From Candidatus Latescibacterota bacterium (lineage in GTDB: Bacteria > Latescibacterota > UBA2968 > GCA-2709665): a stretch of DNA of 64,000 nucleotides. Each line of letters begins with the position of its first letter. Position 1 is the first letter of the stretch. The stretch lies in NCBI GenBank assembly GCA_965203805.1, contig OZ241917.1:1792001-1856000 (forward strand), given 5' to 3'. A program made the translations under genes and the position numbers. The notes under the pieces are model-generated. The model did no database searches, was not told the DNA's origin, and was given only the letters and a program-made list of their open reading frames with translations. Below are positions 59,618 through 64,000 of the stretch, piece by piece.

Positions 59618-60829
59618 TCAGACCATATTCCCTTCCGCACGACTGTAAATGCCACTTATCACAACAGATTCCCGCATCCCCACGCACATGTTCCCGATCG
59701 CCAGATTGTAATCGCTGGCTCCACTTTCCACGATGCCGCCGGTCTGCGTGGGATCCGCCTGATCGTCTGCACAACGATTGCCCTGCACAATCGTCCGCTC
59801 CAGGTCGTGAAGCCGGATCCCGGGCCAGCGACCGGCCGCCTCCTGCGAATTGCTCAGAAGCAGGTTTCCGGAAACCACCTGCTCCTCGCCCCGGTTGGCG
59901 TCGATTCCGCAACGCCCGTTGTACGCGCAGACGTTGTCGCTGATCACGTTATGGTGGTCGCCGCCGTTCGCCACCCCGCCGATCCCGTTCTGAAGGTTCT
60001 TTGAAAACACGCTGTCACTGCATACCGTATGGTGCACGCGGGCGCAGAAGAAAAAGCCGTCGCCGCCGTTGCCTTCCGCGATGTTGTGCGACCAGACGCT
60101 CGCGCGGAGCGCCGTACCGGGGTGAAATCCGTGTCCGCGGCAGCCGTGGGCCTGGCATTGCATCACCTGGACGTCGCTGCCGCGCTGAACACCGATCCCG
60201 TCGCTCGGCCAGCCCGAAACCGTGCAGTTCACCACCCGCACCCGCCGGCATGCCACCAGATGGACCGCGGCATAGGTGAAATCCCACCACGGCCCCCGGT
60301 AATTCTCCGGACCCCGTATGGTGAGGTCCCGAATCTCGATATCCCGCTCATCCAGCGCGTGGACCGCCGGGAACAGCCGGACGGCCCGCGCGTTGTCCGC
60401 CGTCTTCAACGCCCGTTCCAGCGGCACGTTCAGCCGCACGCGGGTCCCGTTTCGCGCCTGAACGACGCCGTGCGTACCGTGCCAGCCGTACTGCCGATCG
60501 TCGCATATTCCAACGGCGTCGCCCACCTCGAACGGCGGAAGCGTGCGGCATTCGACCTCGTGTTCACCGTCGCGCGCGTCTTTGTTCAGGGCAACGGATT
60601 CCGGCGGACGGATCGCCAGAACGGTCGCCGGACCGTCGCCGACCAGGCTTACGCATCGGGGCAGATAAACGGATTGCCGCAGGAAATAGGCGCCCGCCGG
60701 CACGCGGACCCGTCCTCCGGCCGGCGAAAGCGAAGCGATCGCTTCGCCTATCCCCCCCGTCGGGGATTCCGGATCGTAGAAATCCGCGGCATTGACTTCG
60801 GACTGCCGTGCCGGCGACCCCGACATCAC
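59618..60829 (-). CDS. Right-handed parallel beta-helix protein (pectate lyase-like)
   Basis: GG.V.VPAG.Y, LVGDG; repeated N...N...GI beta-helix turns. Confidence 0.85.
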   Translation of the reverse strand: MMSGSPARQSEVNAADFYDPESPTGGIGEAIASLSPAGGRVRVPAGAYFLRQSVYLPRCVSLVGDGPATVLAIRPPESVALNKDARDGEHEVECRTLPPFEVGDAVGICDDRQYGWHGTHGVVQARNGTRVRLNVPLERALKTADNARAVRLFPAVHALDERDIEIRDLTIRGPENYRGPWWDFTYAAVHLVACRRVRVVNCTVSGWPSDGIGVQRGSDVQVMQCQAHGCRGHGFHPGTALRASVWSHNIAEGNGGDGFFFCARVHHTVCSDSVFSKNLQNGIGGVANGGDHHNVISDNVCAYNGRCGIDANRGEEQVVSGNLLLSNSQEAAGRWPGIRLHDLERTIVQGNRCADDQADPTQTGGIVESGASDYNLAIGNMCVGMRESVVISGIYSRAEGNMV

Positions 60830-60883
60830 TGTTCTCCCCTGCGATACATAAACGCCAGCCAGTCACGCCCCCACCCGCGCCGA

Positions 60884-61612
60884 TCAAACCGACGGCGGCT
60901 CCAGAAATACCGTCACACCCATATCGGCGAATTTCGACCGCTCTTCCGCCGATCCGATCCGGTGGCACACGGCAGCGCCGGAACCCTGGAGGGACTTCGC
61001 CACGTAGGCCACGGCGTCATCCACCGACTTCAGGGCGTGATTGGGATGCGCCCTCAGGTTGAACGTCAGGTCGGTCGGTCCGAACGAAAGACAATCCACC
61101 CCGGGCCGGGCCAGAAAATGTGCCCGGGTCGCGGCCTCTACCGACTCGATCTGCAGCCACAATACGCCGTATGCGTTCCACCAGTCCGCATATTCGAAGG
61201 GATCGGCAAACGCCGACGCCCCGCGCCGGGAACGGCCGCCGATACTCCGGATCCCCGCCTGCGGAAAATAGAACGCGTTGACCGCCTCGAGCGCGGTCTC
61301 ATCCGTCTCTGTCTGAGGCACCTCCACGCCGCACGGACCGAGATCCAGGTAATTCCCGATCAGGTACGCGTTCCTGGTGTGTTTGATGCGAAACTGGACG
61401 AACACGTCCAGTTCCTCCGCGAGGCCGCAGAATTCCTCCAGCCGCTCCTCGTTGAGCGCCGAATGCTGGCTGTCGGCGGATACGAAATCGTACGGACCGC
61501 TTTCCATCACCTGCAGGAATCGCTCCCGCGTCGCGTCCAGAGGCAGCATCGTGCCCACAATCTGCTCTCCATCGCGTATCCGTTTCTTCAGGCCAATGGC
61601 ATTTTCGAACAT
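60884..61612 (-). CDS. Divergent HpcH/HpaI-family aldolase
   Basis: DSQH, LDLG..GVEVP, FPQAG.RS, QIES, GPTDL. Confidence 0.8.
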   Translation of the reverse strand: MFENAIGLKKRIRDGEQIVGTMLPLDATRERFLQVMESGPYDFVSADSQHSALNEERLEEFCGLAEELDVFVQFRIKHTRNAYLIGNYLDLGPCGVEVPQTETDETALEAVNAFYFPQAGIRSIGGRSRRGASAFADPFEYADWWNAYGVLWLQIESVEAATRAHFLARPGVDCLSFGPTDLTFNLRAHPNHALKSVDDAVAYVAKSLQGSGAAVCHRIGSAEERSKFADMGVTVFLEPPSV

Positions 61613-61678
61613 AACACCCTCCGCGTGCGCCAGGAATCGCGCATCAAAATCCGATATCAGGAAACCGTGTATGGTTTC

Positions 61679-62932
61679 TCATTTAGCATTTCCGGCTGTC
61701 AATTCGCCGGCATGCGCTCTCACCTTTTCGAATGCATGGCAAATCTCCTTCATCCTTTCCTCCGGCGCCAGCAATACCCGCTGGGACAGCCAGATCCGGT
61801 CTGAGCAAGCCTTCTCCGCTTGTGGCAGATGCATGCTCCGGTAATCCGGCGCGTGACCCGTCGTTGTCCAGGCGAAGGGCCTGTACGAACCGGCCATCCA
61901 GTCGGTCTGAAATACGGGGTTCCGGTATACCGGCTCGGCATAGCCACCGCTCGCGGGCACCCCTTCGGCCCGCAGCGCCTGCAGCAACCGCTCCCTGGAT
62001 ACGCCTGCGAACTCGTCCGGCGCGTACCGGGCGCTGTAGATGTGCCAGCTCGCCCGGGTCGCTTCATGCAGCCGCCTTACTGGCTCGATGCCCTCGACCC
62101 GCGACAGCGTTCGACTCAGCATGGCCGCGTTCTGTTCGCGAATGTCCGTCTGTTCTCGAACCCGCTTCAGTTGGCACAGCAGAATCGCAGCCGTGAAGTC
62201 GGTCATGCGGTGGTTGCCTCCCCAGCGATCCTGCTCCGGCGCCCGATCGAACCGGGAGCGGCCGGAATTGATCGCGCACCCCATCCGGTCGGCGACCTCT
62301 TCGTCGTTCGTCAGCGCGATACCACCCTCTCCGGACGTCATATTCTTGCTCTGTTGAAAACTGAATCCCGACGCCAGACCCCAACTGCCCAGGCCCTTCT
62401 CCATATACGCCGCCCCCCAGCCGTGGCAGGCGTCTTCCAGCACGACCAGATCGTGCCGGTCCGCGATGGTCCGGATGCGCGTCATATCGCATGCCAACCC
62501 GCCGAAGTGCACGACCATGATCGCCTTTGTCCGGGGCGTGACGGCGGCCTCGATCGCATCCGGGTCGATATTGTCGGTGTCCGGCGCGATGTCCGCGAAG
62601 GTCACGGTCGCACCGGCCGCCAGAATGCCCATACAGGTGCCGTGAAACGTGAACGGGCTGGTGATCACCTCGTCGCCCACACCGATCTGCGCACCCCGGC
62701 ATGCGGCCTCCAGCGCATTTGTGCCCCCGTTGCATACCAGTCCGTACTTTGCATCCTGAAAACGCGCGAACGCATCTTCCAGTTCGCGGCACTTCGGACC
62801 GTAGTTCCAGTTCCGGCCGTGCAATACGTCAAGCAGCAGGGCCTCTTCGGTCCCGTCGAATTGCGGCCAGGGATCTGCGGCTTCACCAGTGACTGCGGTC
62901 TCTCCACCCAACAATGCGAGCCGGCCGGACAT
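61679..62932 (-). CDS. DegT/DnrJ/EryC1/StrS PLP-dependent aminotransferase
   Basis: GDEVI, VHFGG, EDACH, FSFQQSKNMTSGEGG, NHRMT; start inferred. Confidence 0.92.
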   Translation of the reverse strand: MSGRLALLGGETAVTGEAADPWPQFDGTEEALLLDVLHGRNWNYGPKCRELEDAFARFQDAKYGLVCNGGTNALEAACRGAQIGVGDEVITSPFTFHGTCMGILAAGATVTFADIAPDTDNIDPDAIEAAVTPRTKAIMVVHFGGLACDMTRIRTIADRHDLVVLEDACHGWGAAYMEKGLGSWGLASGFSFQQSKNMTSGEGGIALTNDEEVADRMGCAINSGRSRFDRAPEQDRWGGNHRMTDFTAAILLCQLKRVREQTDIREQNAAMLSRTLSRVEGIEPVRRLHEATRASWHIYSARYAPDEFAGVSRERLLQALRAEGVPASGGYAEPVYRNPVFQTDWMAGSYRPFAWTTTGHAPDYRSMHLPQAEKACSDRIWLSQRVLLAPEERMKEICHAFEKVRAHAGELTAGNAK

Positions 62933-63036
62933 CACTCCCCTTTCGGATGGAAAAATTCGACATTGCATGCCGGACGAAGCGGAAGTACATTTCCGAATCC
63001 GGGAATTGCGATTCACCTTGCGAACGGAGTCGCGTG

Positions 63037-63660
63037 ATGAGAGTCGAAGTCAGCTGCCGGTCCACGCCGTACGAATATCAGCCGCTTCAGGGCCCTGTGC
63101 GCTTCAGCATGGAGGAAGCCGTGCTCTCATACGAGCGCTTCGACGGCCGGATGAGCCCCACGGTCAAACGCGTGAATTTCAACCGGAGCGACAGCGTTTC
63201 GGTCCTTCTCTATGCGTGGGAGACCGACGAAATCGTCCTCGTAGAACAATTCCGCTACCCCGCGTACGCAAGCCATCCTGAATCGGAACGGGATGGCAAA
63301 GGCTGGATCCTGGAAACCGTCGCTGGCATCAAGGATGCCCGCGGGCCCGACGTGGCCAGACGCGAACTGCTTGAAGAAACAGGATTCACGCTCGTTGGCG
63401 ACCTGGAGCTCCTCACCACTGCTTACGTCAGCCCGGGCGGCACCTCCGAACGCGTCGAACTCTATCTTGCCCGTGTACGTACACCGGAAGGCATCCGGAA
63501 GCACGCGGGGCTGGAAACCGAAACAGAAGACATCCGCCCGCATACCATCCCCTTTGAAGAGGCCCTTCGCATGGTCGCGGACGGACGCATCGTGGACTTG
63601 AAGACGATTGTCTCGCTCTACATGCTCAAGGAGCGGTTGGACGGAAAACGGGAAACTTAA
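63037..63660 (+). CDS. NUDIX hydrolase (ADP-ribose/GDP-mannose pyrophosphatase-like)
   Basis: VEQFRYP, AG...ARRELLEETG Nudix box, SPGG..E, EDI, DLKT. Confidence 0.9.
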   Translation: MRVEVSCRSTPYEYQPLQGPVRFSMEEAVLSYERFDGRMSPTVKRVNFNRSDSVSVLLYAWETDEIVLVEQFRYPAYASHPESERDGKGWILETVAGIKDARGPDVARRELLEETGFTLVGDLELLTTAYVSPGGTSERVELYLARVRTPEGIRKHAGLETETEDIRPHTIPFEEALRMVADGRIVDLKTIVSLYMLKERLDGKRET

Positions 63661-63670
63661 GCACCGCGCG

Positions 63671-64000
63671 TCAAAGCAGCCGCCCCTTCCGCACCCGGTC
63701 CGCCTCGGGGTACCGTTCGGCCAATGCCGCCACGGCGCCCACGAATTCTGCGGCCTGTTCCTCCGCCTGCCCCACGAAGCGACCGCTCTCACCCAGAATT
63801 TCCTCGATCTCCCGGGACGAAAGCGGGATCCGGTTGTCATCTCCGAGCCGCTGCGTCAGGTCGTTTTTCTCCCGACCCTCTTCGCGCATTTCCAGCGCGA
63901 CGGCCACCGCGTGTTCCTTCAACGCGTCGTGGACCTGTTCGCGTCCGGCGCCCCGCTGGACGGAAGCCATCAACAACGTGGTCGTGGCCAGAAACGGCAT
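63671..64000 (-). CDS. purB: Adenylosuccinate lyase, C-terminal part (gene starts beyond the window)
   Basis: PFLATT..LM..V..G.GRE..H..LKEHA...NDL..RL..D, FVG.A..Q. Confidence 0.85.
   Translation of the reverse strand: MPFLATTTLLMASVQRGAGREQVHDALKEHAVAVALEMREEGREKNDLTQRLGDDNRIPLSSREIEEILGESGRFVGQAEEQAAEFVGAVAALAERYPEADRVRKGRLL

Overview
GC-rich bacterial chromosomal window. The WD40/dockerin-like secreted proteins, GWxTD protein, heparinase-like lyases and sulfatase-like enzymes suggest a Latescibacterota/Gemmatimonadota/Poribacteria-type organism, possibly host-associated; this is inference only. Core genes: scpB/scpA, HNH, gcvH, accC/accB, efp; chrA-bioB-mnmG-sirB1-smpB-DnaC-like-rdgB; korAB with CBS domains; selA-selB-selC (tRNA-Sec); galU-like; mazG; purB. 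Two carbohydrate/acid-sugar catabolic clusters lie at about 15-28 kb and 55-63 kb. The most unusual part is 29.3-35.7 kb. It holds a near-consensus sigma70 promoter and two paralogous ~400-nt leader modules, each with two anti-16S-like AAGGAGGTGAT motifs exactly 116 nt apart that frame GTGA-coupled 39-aa and 27-aa micro-ORFs. It also holds four co-oriented copies of a ~60-90-bp AATCA-rich element, a degenerate repeat tract, and three exported repeat proteins sharing a dockerin/EF-hand-like tail. No transposase, integrase, CRISPR array or rRNA was seen.
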